DNA of 41,969 nucleotides from Oligoflexus sp. (lineage in GTDB: Bacteria; Bdellovibrionota_B; Oligoflexia; Oligoflexales; Oligoflexaceae): contig JBGSTX010000124.1 in NCBI GenBank assembly GCA_041736305.1, forward strand, positions 1 to 41,969, in the 5' to 3' direction. Both the position numbers and the translations under genes were made by a program. Shown piece by piece: positions 18,636 through 26,994 of the stretch (positions within the stretch are counted from its first letter, which is position 1; each line of letters starts with the position of its first letter). The notes beneath the pieces were generated by a model. That model was not told the DNA's origin. It saw only the letters and a program-made list of their open reading frames with translations, and ran no database searches.

Positions 18636-19571
18636 TCAGGCCGAGCGCACGGAGTAATTCAAAAAATCCTCTGAAGATTCAAAAGGAATAGCGCCTTCCT
18701 CGATCAAAAGTTGAGAGCCGGTGGCTCGAACATCGCCATCAGGATGTACAAGCACGAAAACTTCCCGCCCTTGATCGATGGCACAGACGGCTGAAACCTT
18801 AGCCCCCGAACGTTCTCCCGCTTGCATAACAAGCAGCTGTTTGGCCATTCCTGAAATGATGCGATTACGCACCGGAAAATCAAATGGACGAGCGGGGTAG
18901 TCCCAGAGCCTCTCACTCACAAACAAGGCCCCTGCCGCCTGCAATTCGGCGAACTCATTCTGATGATAGCGAGGATAGAACTGAGCCAGACCACCAGCAA
19001 ATACAACAACTGTTGGAGCAGGCCTAAAACCGCTGTCTAAAACTCCGAGGTGGCCCGCCATATCACAGCCCAAGGCACCGCCGCTGACGACTAGCTGTCC
19101 TCGTCGCGCAATTTTTAGAGCAAGTTCATGCGTCTGCGCCAGGGCATAGGCCGAAGCCTTCCGTGAACCTACGATCGCTATAGCGTCGCGTTCGAAAAGT
19201 TCAATGCTACCCAGGGCTGTGATCAGATTGGGCGGATCCGAAATATTGCGAAGAAGAGATGGATAAGAGCTGTGATAGAAGTCTATAAGCATAGCCCCCT
19301 GACTCGCGACCTTTTGCACTTGCTCGTATACGAGCGTCGCGAGGGCGGTGAGACTGAGTTGCTTTTCTATCACCGTGCGCATCCAAGGCATTGATGCGAG
19401 TGAAGGATCCCAACGCTGTTCTATGTAATTTTGGAAGTCCGTGAGTTGCCAGAACTCGAGCTCTTTGCTGACTTCCGTCTGCGACAGCTGGCGGGGAAGG
19501 GCGAGCCAGGAATAGGTCCATTGCGAGACTACATGAGAAAATAGCGCGTCAACGCGGGGATTACAATGCAT
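18636..19571 (-). CDS. dprA: DNA-processing protein DprA
   Basis: YPSLLRNISDPP, AIVGSRKAS, VVSGGALGCD, FPVRNRIISG, GREVF, LIEEGA. Confidence 0.93.
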   Translation of the reverse strand: MHCNPRVDALFSHVVSQWTYSWLALPRQLSQTEVSKELEFWQLTDFQNYIEQRWDPSLASMPWMRTVIEKQLSLTALATLVYEQVQKVASQGAMLIDFYHSSYPSLLRNISDPPNLITALGSIELFERDAIAIVGSRKASAYALAQTHELALKIARRGQLVVSGGALGCDMAGHLGVLDSGFRPAPTVVVFAGGLAQFYPRYHQNEFAELQAAGALFVSERLWDYPARPFDFPVRNRIISGMAKQLLVMQAGERSGAKVSAVCAIDQGREVFVLVHPDGDVRATGSQLLIEEGAIPFESSEDFLNYSVRSA

Positions 19572-19676
19572 AAAAATCGCCTCCTTCTCTTCTGAGAAAG
19601 CGATCTTAGGTGCAGAGCATGCAGGTAGTATAGGGACATGGATGGGAGCTGAGAGACATTCTCGAACTAGGTGAAC

Positions 19677-21062
19677 TCAGCGCGCCACGCGATCACCGAG
19701 TCGTACCTCGAAGGAATCAGAAAGTATATAGGCCAGTGCCGCCGCTCCTGAAGCATCAAGCACATAAATTTTCGCTACTTTGTGATCCGTGTCTGGCAAT
19801 TTATCCTTTAAGGAGTGGGGAGCGGAAGTTTTTACGTTCTGGACGAGCTCATAGCTCGCACCCTCTTGCAGCTTAGCAGCCGATTGATCAATAAAGACCA
19901 TCCCGCCTCGGCCACCTATCTCCATAAAGGGTTCAGTAAAGGCCACGACCTCTTGCTCGGCTCCTTTTTGGACCTCGGAGATCGAGACTGGCACCGATCT
20001 CTTCACAGATCGATAGGGAATCACGAGATCGCCCGGTTGGATGCCGAGACGTGTGAAACCTACACGCGCTTTGTAAATGGATTCTTCTTTTGACTTAACT
20101 TGGAGGTGTCCTATGAGTTCATAGCGACGTCCGACGTAGCGACCACCGTTGGGTTGGTAAATTTTTGAAATCTCTCTAACTACTGAAAAAGTACCGCCTT
20201 CTCTGAGACCTTCGTCCTCCTCTTCGATGATTACTTCATCGCCAGAACTGAGGAGTATAGAACCTGCCGAACCGCCGATCACCGTGCCGAAAGTGGGGAA
20301 CTCATCTTCCACAATAAAAGCCGGAATTATGACGCGCGTAGGCTGAGCCCCGCGGCCTCTGCCTGCATCAAGAAACATGTCGTCGATTACAGGTACTTTT
20401 TCGAGCTCATCGGGCCCAATGACTGGTATGACCCCGTCGACACTCGTGCGCATCAGGATGCCGTCAATGTTTTCCGTGAGCAGTTCTTTCTCGACGATAT
20501 CGCCCTTGTTGACCGGAACGATATCGTCTTCAGTAACCACCCGCAAGTAGGGAGGGCTATTTTCGTCACCAGCATAGAAGTGAAGTTTCATACCTGGGTA
20601 GACGAAGTGCGGATTGGCGATAGTAGGGTTTATCGCCCAAAGCTTCGGCCAGTAGTTACCTTCGTCGAGCAACTGATCACAAATATCGAAGAGATTATCA
20701 CCCTCCTGAATATCGTATTGCTCAGGTGCTTCCCCCATCGCCAAATTTCGTAGGGTGCCTGGTAAGGGAGGGGCCCCGGCGAAAATATTGGGCTCGAGGA
20801 CCTTTTTAATTTTTGAACGAACGTCGACCGATTGCGCATCGCTCATGTCGCCAAGTAAGCTAGGGGCACTCGCTGGAGAGCCGGTATCCGTAGCTGGAAT
20901 TGCTAGGTTTTGAGCGGGAGGAGCAATAGGAGCCTTTTGCTGATCCAGCTCCGAGCCCATCTTCTCTAATTCTTCGAGCGAAGGCCCATTATCTTGCCCG
21001 AGCAGAATGCTCGAGCAAAGAAATAAGCCACTCATTAAACTAGCCCGAAGGAACTTTACCAT
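19677..21062 (-). CDS. Exported LysM peptidoglycan-binding protein
   Basis: Signal peptide; YDIQEGDNLFDI..WPKLWAINPTIANPHFVYPGMKL LysM domain; typical dprA neighbour. Confidence 0.88.
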   Translation of the reverse strand: MVKFLRASLMSGLFLCSSILLGQDNGPSLEELEKMGSELDQQKAPIAPPAQNLAIPATDTGSPASAPSLLGDMSDAQSVDVRSKIKKVLEPNIFAGAPPLPGTLRNLAMGEAPEQYDIQEGDNLFDICDQLLDEGNYWPKLWAINPTIANPHFVYPGMKLHFYAGDENSPPYLRVVTEDDIVPVNKGDIVEKELLTENIDGILMRTSVDGVIPVIGPDELEKVPVIDDMFLDAGRGRGAQPTRVIIPAFIVEDEFPTFGTVIGGSAGSILLSSGDEVIIEEEDEGLREGGTFSVVREISKIYQPNGGRYVGRRYELIGHLQVKSKEESIYKARVGFTRLGIQPGDLVIPYRSVKRSVPVSISEVQKGAEQEVVAFTEPFMEIGGRGGMVFIDQSAAKLQEGASYELVQNVKTSAPHSLKDKLPDTDHKVAKIYVLDASGAAALAYILSDSFEVRLGDRVAR

Positions 21063-21928
21063 TAGAGCTTCTCTCTCATCCTAGCTACTTCCATTCTCGC
21101 CATTTCTCCTAGATCCTGACTAGCGAATTCTTCCATGAGTTGGGAAAACTGCTCGAGTGCGCGCTTGCTCAAACCGCGTGTTTGATCGATTTTTGCTTGA
21201 TAATAGCGGGCATGGGCTACCCAAAGGTTTTCGGGGTGCTTCTCGCGCAAATTTTTGAAACTTTGCTCAGCCAGCTGAAATTCCTTAAGATAATACCAGC
21301 TAAGCCCGATCCAGTAGAGATGACTCCCTTCAGTGAGGCTATCGTCAAAACCATCACCGACCTCATTGAACAGAACGATAGCCTGACCATACTGAGCAGC
21401 ATTGAATTTTTCTTGAGCCTTTTGCAGAAGGCGCTTGTAAGTGGCCAGGTCTTTACTTCTATCCTGTGCTGCCTCCTTGGGGGCCTGCGCCGCAGCGGGT
21501 TCGGCAGGGGGTTCTACGCTAGCTTCTTCCTCGTCTTTCGCAGGAATCTCCGAGCGTACTGCCGAAACCTTCTTTTTAGATTTCCCGCCTTTCAACTCAT
21601 CGGGGATAATTCCTAGCAAGAGCCCCTTCTCAATCAGCTTCATCCGCTCTTTCTGCTGGATAGACTGATTCTCCAACTCATCGACGCGCGCCCAGAGACG
21701 AGCAAGTTTTAATTCGAGCTCATTGCCGTTCGGAGTCGTAGACGGACTTGGCAACGCAGGGCTTACTGCCGTATGGGGTACGATAGCTGGGTCGGATTCC
21801 CTAGCAGAGGCATCAACGGGAGCAGACTCTGCGCCGGCAGATGCATTTGAGAATAAGTGCTGACAAGCTGAAAGTGCCCATGAGCAGGCTATAAGAAATA
21901 GGGCGATCCGCAAAGCTTTGCTCCTCAT
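21062..21928 (-). CDS. YbgF-like TPR lipoprotein
   Basis: Lipobox LSAC, short coiled coil, C-terminal TPRs (LYWIGLSWYY); ORF track start 22018 overlaps the PilZ gene, so ATG 21928 is preferred. Confidence 0.75.
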   Translation of the reverse strand: MRSKALRIALFLIACSWALSACQHLFSNASAGAESAPVDASARESDPAIVPHTAVSPALPSPSTTPNGNELELKLARLWARVDELENQSIQQKERMKLIEKGLLLGIIPDELKGGKSKKKVSAVRSEIPAKDEEEASVEPPAEPAAAQAPKEAAQDRSKDLATYKRLLQKAQEKFNAAQYGQAIVLFNEVGDGFDDSLTEGSHLYWIGLSWYYLKEFQLAEQSFKNLREKHPENLWVAHARYYQAKIDQTRGLSKRALEQFSQLMEEFASQDLGEMARMEVARMREKL

Positions 21929-21932
21929 CGAC

Positions 21933-22718
21933 TTAAATTGCCTCGGCCACGCTGAGCTGACGAAGATAGTTGCGGATTTGAATTTTACGCTCGTCACTGA
22001 GCTCTGCAAACTCCACACCTATCCGAAAATCCATCTGATAGCGCTCGCTGTCGTCAGCGTCTACCAGCCGGTTCTTGATGCGTCTTTTCCATCGAATAGC
22101 TGCCTGAACCGCTAGCGGGTTTTGCATCGGCAAGTGTAAATTTGCCTGAGTATCTAGGTTCACATTATCCAGCGCGTTGATAAATGAAGGAAAATGGCTC
22201 GAAAGACAGATGCCACCCGCACTGATATCGACCAAAGGAATCCATCCAGCCATCGAGCGATAAACTTCAAAGAAGGGGGCCGCACCGGTATCGTTAGCTT
22301 CTGGCTGCCAAACGCTAAAGCTCATATAAGCCATGAATGCCGGGCTGACCTTAAAGCGCGAATTTTGTCGTCTCTCTATACTCGTCAACATGACCGGCAG
22401 CTGGCACGTAATGGTATCGCCAACTTTCTCAAGAACCTCCGTGATAAACATCACCATAGTCGGCATACCCATCACTTCGATCTTGATCGGTCCATTGAGA
22501 CTCAGTTTTTCCAGGCCAAAGACCGAAATCTTATCGAAGCTCACCGTCCCTGACCTTTCTACTGTGATAGCGGCGAACGTAGCTCGGATGCCTAGCTTGA
22601 TATTTTCTTTGGTGCGAATGATGACTTGCATCCGCCCTTCGCACATCTTGGTGAGAATCCTGGCAATGCGCTGGGGGTTGGTTATTTTTGAGGTGGTATC
22701 AGGATTCGGCTGAGTCAC
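21933..22718 (-). CDS. PilZ-domain c-di-GMP receptor (YcgR-like architecture)
   Basis: ERRQNSRF (RxxxR), VDISAGG (DxSxxG) and C-terminal IGVEF..IRNYL. Confidence 0.88.
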   Translation of the reverse strand: MTQPNPDTTSKITNPQRIARILTKMCEGRMQVIIRTKENIKLGIRATFAAITVERSGTVSFDKISVFGLEKLSLNGPIKIEVMGMPTMVMFITEVLEKVGDTITCQLPVMLTSIERRQNSRFKVSPAFMAYMSFSVWQPEANDTGAAPFFEVYRSMAGWIPLVDISAGGICLSSHFPSFINALDNVNLDTQANLHLPMQNPLAVQAAIRWKRRIKNRLVDADDSERYQMDFRIGVEFAELSDERKIQIRNYLRQLSVAEAI

Positions 22719-23014
22719 TCAGGTTTCCTTCAATGGTTTCAGCTGATCGTGAGACCTGACGCTGTCTCATATTGAATTACGCGCATTGCTACTCAGTATA
22801 AGTTTAGCCTCCATCTTACGAATAGTCCACGATAGCACTGGGCACCCTGATCGATGTGGCCTGGAAAACTGTAAAATATTGATATATATCTGGCTCAATA
22901 TCGCTATCTAACCTGGAATTGTCAGGTAAAAACTGAGACGATAAGCGAAAGGAACTGGATAGGGCTCATTCATCGAACTCTTTTTTCCAGGCTCGCGGTT
23001 GGAGTTGCAAGAGT

Positions 23015-23611
23015 ATGCGTTTTTTGCTTTTTAAACAAATCTTCTGCTTTGTCCTAAGCTGGCTCTTCTGCGACTTGGCTAAGGGAGCTGCTAGCGAAGA
23101 TAAGGATCGCTTTCAAGGCGAGACTATCCCTAGCGAGTATCTCGATGATTATATCTTTGTGCTGGCTAACCAGGACGTTCCTATCGGTCCTAGCACTATC
23201 GAATTGAAGAGAGGAGAGGCGGGCTATGGGATTGACTACCACCACCATCTAGCAGAAGACTGGATAGTAGGTGTCGGTTATCGCCTTAAGTCGATGACTC
23301 GGAAATCGGGAAAAACTCTGTCTTTCATGAGCTTTACAAATCACACCCAGCGCGTCTTCAGGCTCTTTCACCCGCTCTATCTACTTATGGGGACAGAATG
23401 GAGTTACCTCATGCCGACTTTAGAGACGAGCATCCCCCCGATCAAGGACCCTGAATACGAAACTGAAATCGCTGTTGGTTTAAACGGCGCTCTTTGGTGG
23501 TATCTCTCCCCCCGAGTGCTCTTGGAGTTACGCACGACCCGCTGGCGAGGAACCAAAACCAACCGGCTGCACGGCTGGCAGTCTGATATTGGGCTAGGTT
23601 ACGCATTCTAG
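23015..23611 (+). CDS. Putative small outer-membrane beta-barrel protein
   Basis: Signal peptide, about 8 amphipathic strands, C-terminal IGLGYAF. Confidence 0.7.
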   Translation: MRFLLFKQIFCFVLSWLFCDLAKGAASEDKDRFQGETIPSEYLDDYIFVLANQDVPIGPSTIELKRGEAGYGIDYHHHLAEDWIVGVGYRLKSMTRKSGKTLSFMSFTNHTQRVFRLFHPLYLLMGTEWSYLMPTLETSIPPIKDPEYETEIAVGLNGALWWYLSPRVLLELRTTRWRGTKTNRLHGWQSDIGLGYAF

Positions 23612-23620
23612 AGACACCCT

Positions 23621-24613
23621 TTACTTGGGCGAATCTGGGCACTGGGCGAGTCGGACATCGGCTAGCCAGCCGAAGACGCGGCTAGCCCAGAGCCTTTGCA
23701 GACCATAGGCTCCACCGTAGACGGTTTTTTCCTTCATCTTGTTCATAACCATGATACTTCTCGTCACTATCGTATCTTTATGAACCATAATCCGTTCTGA
23801 ATGCGAAGGAGTTTGGCCACTGGCCGTGCCCATAAAGATATCGTTTTGATTACTGCTGGTCAGACAATCAGAAGCCGCTTCACAGTAACCAGTAGAGGTA
23901 TCCTTCAGCTCGAACTCGTTTATGAATTCTAGGTACGCACTCCAGGCTAGGCTACCTGGAATGTAGCCGGATACCACCAGCCGCTCTGGGCACAGATCAA
24001 AGCGTTTCAGAAGCTCCCGCGTTTCCGTTCGAGTGAACTGATACCAATGATCAACTTTTTGGGCATTCTGGGGCATCGATAAATTGATGAGCAGAATCTG
24101 CTTCCTGTCGAGCTCGAGCAGGGCATAGCTCATTCCACCATCCATCCCAATCGGCCAAGCCTTTTGCCCTGCAGAGTCGCCCTGAGCAAGTTTCACCGGT
24201 AATCCAACCGCTACAGCCTGATACTGCGTTTCCTGAGTATCTTTAAAATAGGCCACCTGATCGGCATCCCACTCGTAGCCCTCTAGCGCTCCGTAGCTCA
24301 GTATATTGATATCCGATTCGCTGGGACTTCCCCGCCGCGCGAGAAGCTCCTGAAAGACGATTATATCAGGACGAGATACGCGCAGTTGCTCGTCGATCAG
24401 TTCCAGTCGTTCACGCCTAAAAAGCCAGTCACCCTTCCAATTGCGATTTGTCATAGTCGACGGTATGCGCTGATTGAAAAGGTTCAGGTTGAGAACCGAA
24501 AAACTGCGCCCATCATAGCGCCCAGCCGGCTGAAAACCGAAGATCACGCAAGAATTCATGAGTGAGACGATCGCGCTTAAGCAGCCTAGGCGCCAGAGCT
24601 TCTTTTTCATCAT
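23621..24613 (-). CDS. Endonuclease/exonuclease/phosphatase-fold lipoprotein, divergent
   Basis: Lipobox-like MNSC; SVLNLNL and RPDIIVFQEL match the EEP N-terminal motifs. Confidence 0.65.
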   Translation of the reverse strand: MMKKKLWRLGCLSAIVSLMNSCVIFGFQPAGRYDGRSFSVLNLNLFNQRIPSTMTNRNWKGDWLFRRERLELIDEQLRVSRPDIIVFQELLARRGSPSESDINILSYGALEGYEWDADQVAYFKDTQETQYQAVAVGLPVKLAQGDSAGQKAWPIGMDGGMSYALLELDRKQILLINLSMPQNAQKVDHWYQFTRTETRELLKRFDLCPERLVVSGYIPGSLAWSAYLEFINEFELKDTSTGYCEAASDCLTSSNQNDIFMGTASGQTPSHSERIMVHKDTIVTRSIMVMNKMKEKTVYGGAYGLQRLWASRVFGWLADVRLAQCPDSPK

Positions 24614-25774
24614 TCAGCAGCCAAGATAGCGAGAAATAACCAATCGTTGGATTTCGCTGGTACCCTCTCCAATGCGAAGCAGAGCCGCGTCACGATAATG
24701 TCGCTCGATAGGGTACTCTTTCATAAGTCCATATCCACCAAAAGTCTGCTGACCTTCACGCGCACAGTATTCTGCAACTTCAGAACAGTAGAGCTTGGCC
24801 ATCGCAGCATGCTTTTGAAAAGGCTTCTGAGTCTGCTTGAGCCAGGCGGCTTTATAGAGGAGCCCTTCTGCAGCTTCAATGCGCGTTGCCATTTCAGCTA
24901 ATTTGAAAGCTACAGCTTGATGCTTTGCAATGGGCACACCGAAGGTTTGGCGCTCTTTTGCGTATTTGAGAGTGAGTTCCAGGGCTCCCTTGGCGAGACC
25001 CAAGCCCATAGCACCGATGGAAAGACGTCCGTTGTCGAGCGTCTCCATCATGATTTTGAAACCCTCACCTTTCTTACCTAACAAGGCGGATCCGGGAACT
25101 CGCACCTGATCGAAATAAAGTTCACCTGTATTAGAGGAACGCCACATCATCTTACCGTGCATTTCCTTACGGGTAAGACCTGGTGCATCGGCAGGCACAA
25201 TGAAACAGCTGAGTTCGCTCCGGCCATCCGCTCGCTTACCCGTCACCGCCTGCACCGTGATACCTTCCGTGATGCGCGCCGCGCTGTTGGTTATCCAGAT
25301 TTTTGATCCACTGATGACCCACTCGTCCCGGCTCTTATCGTAGATAGCCTTCGTTTGGCTCGCTTGTGCGTCGCTGCCCGCTTCGGCTTCGGTAAGACCA
25401 AAGGCCCAGAGTCCGCGCCCTGAGCAGAGCGAAGGCAAATATTTTTTCTTCTGCTCTTCGGTTCCGTAGTAGTAAAGGGGACCAATCCCGAGGCTGTTAT
25501 GCGCTGCAATAGTTGCAGCTTGAGAGCCATCGATACGTGCCAGTTCTTCGACAGCGACTACGTAGGCCAGATAATCGAGACCTTGGCCGCCATAGGCGCT
25601 AGGAAGAAAAGTCCCAAACAATCCAAGCTCACCCATTTTTGCGGTAAGTTCGTAGGAGAACTCTTCTCTCTCATCCAGGTCATGAGCTCGAGGTGCAATT
25701 TCCTTTTCGGCAAAGCTACGCACTGTTTCACGGAGCATGCCCAGTTCGTCGGTATCTTGAAAAGAATAACTCAT
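24614..25774 (-). CDS. Acyl-CoA dehydrogenase
   Basis: AFGLTEAEAGSDA, GSKIWITN, GRLSIGA, FGGYG, YRDA..IGEGTSEIQR. Confidence 0.95.
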   Translation of the reverse strand: MSYSFQDTDELGMLRETVRSFAEKEIAPRAHDLDEREEFSYELTAKMGELGLFGTFLPSAYGGQGLDYLAYVVAVEELARIDGSQAATIAAHNSLGIGPLYYYGTEEQKKKYLPSLCSGRGLWAFGLTEAEAGSDAQASQTKAIYDKSRDEWVISGSKIWITNSAARITEGITVQAVTGKRADGRSELSCFIVPADAPGLTRKEMHGKMMWRSSNTGELYFDQVRVPGSALLGKKGEGFKIMMETLDNGRLSIGAMGLGLAKGALELTLKYAKERQTFGVPIAKHQAVAFKLAEMATRIEAAEGLLYKAAWLKQTQKPFQKHAAMAKLYCSEVAEYCAREGQQTFGGYGLMKEYPIERHYRDAALLRIGEGTSEIQRLVISRYLGC

Positions 25775-25812
25775 TGAATGTTTCCCCCTTGGATTATTTG
25801 TGGACTAAGACT

Positions 25813-26994
25813 TCAACCGTCTTCACGAATATCATCCCGCGTTCGCCCTTCACGACCAGTGTCGCCGAGAAGGATGCCCTTGTAAGAGCGCCAGCGTCTT
25901 TCGTTGATACGGCCTTCGGAGAGTGCCTGGAGCACGGCACAGGATGGTTCGTCAATATGCCGGCACTCACGAAACTTGCAGTGAGGCATCAGTGAACGGA
26001 TCTCAATGAAGCAGTAGCCAAGCTCGATGGCAGTCCGCTCGCTCAAAACGAAACTTCGAATGCCCGGCGTATCAATTACCGAACCACCGCGACCGAGCTT
26101 GATCATGCTCGCGTAGGTGGTCGTATGCCGACCCTTGTAGAAGATCTCTGAATTAGGCTCGACTTCCTGCTCTATCTCTGGCCGGAACAGATTGACCAGT
26201 GACGACTTACCAACGCCTGAGTGGCCGCTGAGGATCGTAACTTTGCCGTCGAGCAATTCATGCAGCTCTTTGATCTCTGGCGAACGCCAGTTTTGAAACT
26301 CGACTTTAAGACTGATGGTTTTATAACCAAGCCCTCGATAGGTCTCAAGCTCCTTAGCGCAGCGCTCGCGGAATTCCTCGGTCTCGTTCTCAAGAAGGTC
26401 CTCTTTGTTGAGGACGATGATGGCCGGAATACCTTGCTCCTCTGCGAGCACTAGATAGCGATCGATGAGGCCCCATTTGACGAGAGGCGCCTGGTAGCTC
26501 GCGACGATGAGGAGCTGATCGACATTGCTCGCGAGAACGTGCTCGCGATCTTTTACGGCTGGATCACGCCGAGCTATCTGACTCTTTCGTGGCGATAAAT
26601 GCTCGATAACGCAGCAGGGAAGATCTGTACCCAGATCAGCTTCCCGCTCGTCAGTAGGTCTGCACAAGACGCGGTCCCCAACGGCTATCGTGTTGCGCTC
26701 ACCACGGCGGCTTTGGAGATGACGGCGCGCTACTGTCGCAAGCCAGACATCTCGGGTGTCTACATCACCGATTTGGCGTTCGGGAGATACAAAAGCATAT
26801 CGCTTGTGAACTTCGACCACGCGAGCCGGAAACCATTCAGACCGCTCTTCAGCAAAAATCCATTTGTCTTCCGCCAATTCAAACTGGGCGTCCTCGGCCT
26901 TATGTTTCCTGCGCTTGTCTCGACCCCGGCGAATCTTATCGAAGTTAACCGTCGTATCGGAGTCCTTATCCCCCTGATATTTCCACTTGCCCAT
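25813..26994 (-). CDS. rsgA: Ribosome small subunit-dependent GTPase A
   Basis: AVGDRV, SNVDQ, LNKED, GHSGVGKSSL, GRHTTT, DTPG, CKFRECRHIDEPSC zinc finger. Confidence 0.95.
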   Translation of the reverse strand: MGKWKYQGDKDSDTTVNFDKIRRGRDKRRKHKAEDAQFELAEDKWIFAEERSEWFPARVVEVHKRYAFVSPERQIGDVDTRDVWLATVARRHLQSRRGERNTIAVGDRVLCRPTDEREADLGTDLPCCVIEHLSPRKSQIARRDPAVKDREHVLASNVDQLLIVASYQAPLVKWGLIDRYLVLAEEQGIPAIIVLNKEDLLENETEEFRERCAKELETYRGLGYKTISLKVEFQNWRSPEIKELHELLDGKVTILSGHSGVGKSSLVNLFRPEIEQEVEPNSEIFYKGRHTTTYASMIKLGRGGSVIDTPGIRSFVLSERTAIELGYCFIEIRSLMPHCKFRECRHIDEPSCAVLQALSEGRINERRWRSYKGILLGDTGREGRTRDDIREDG

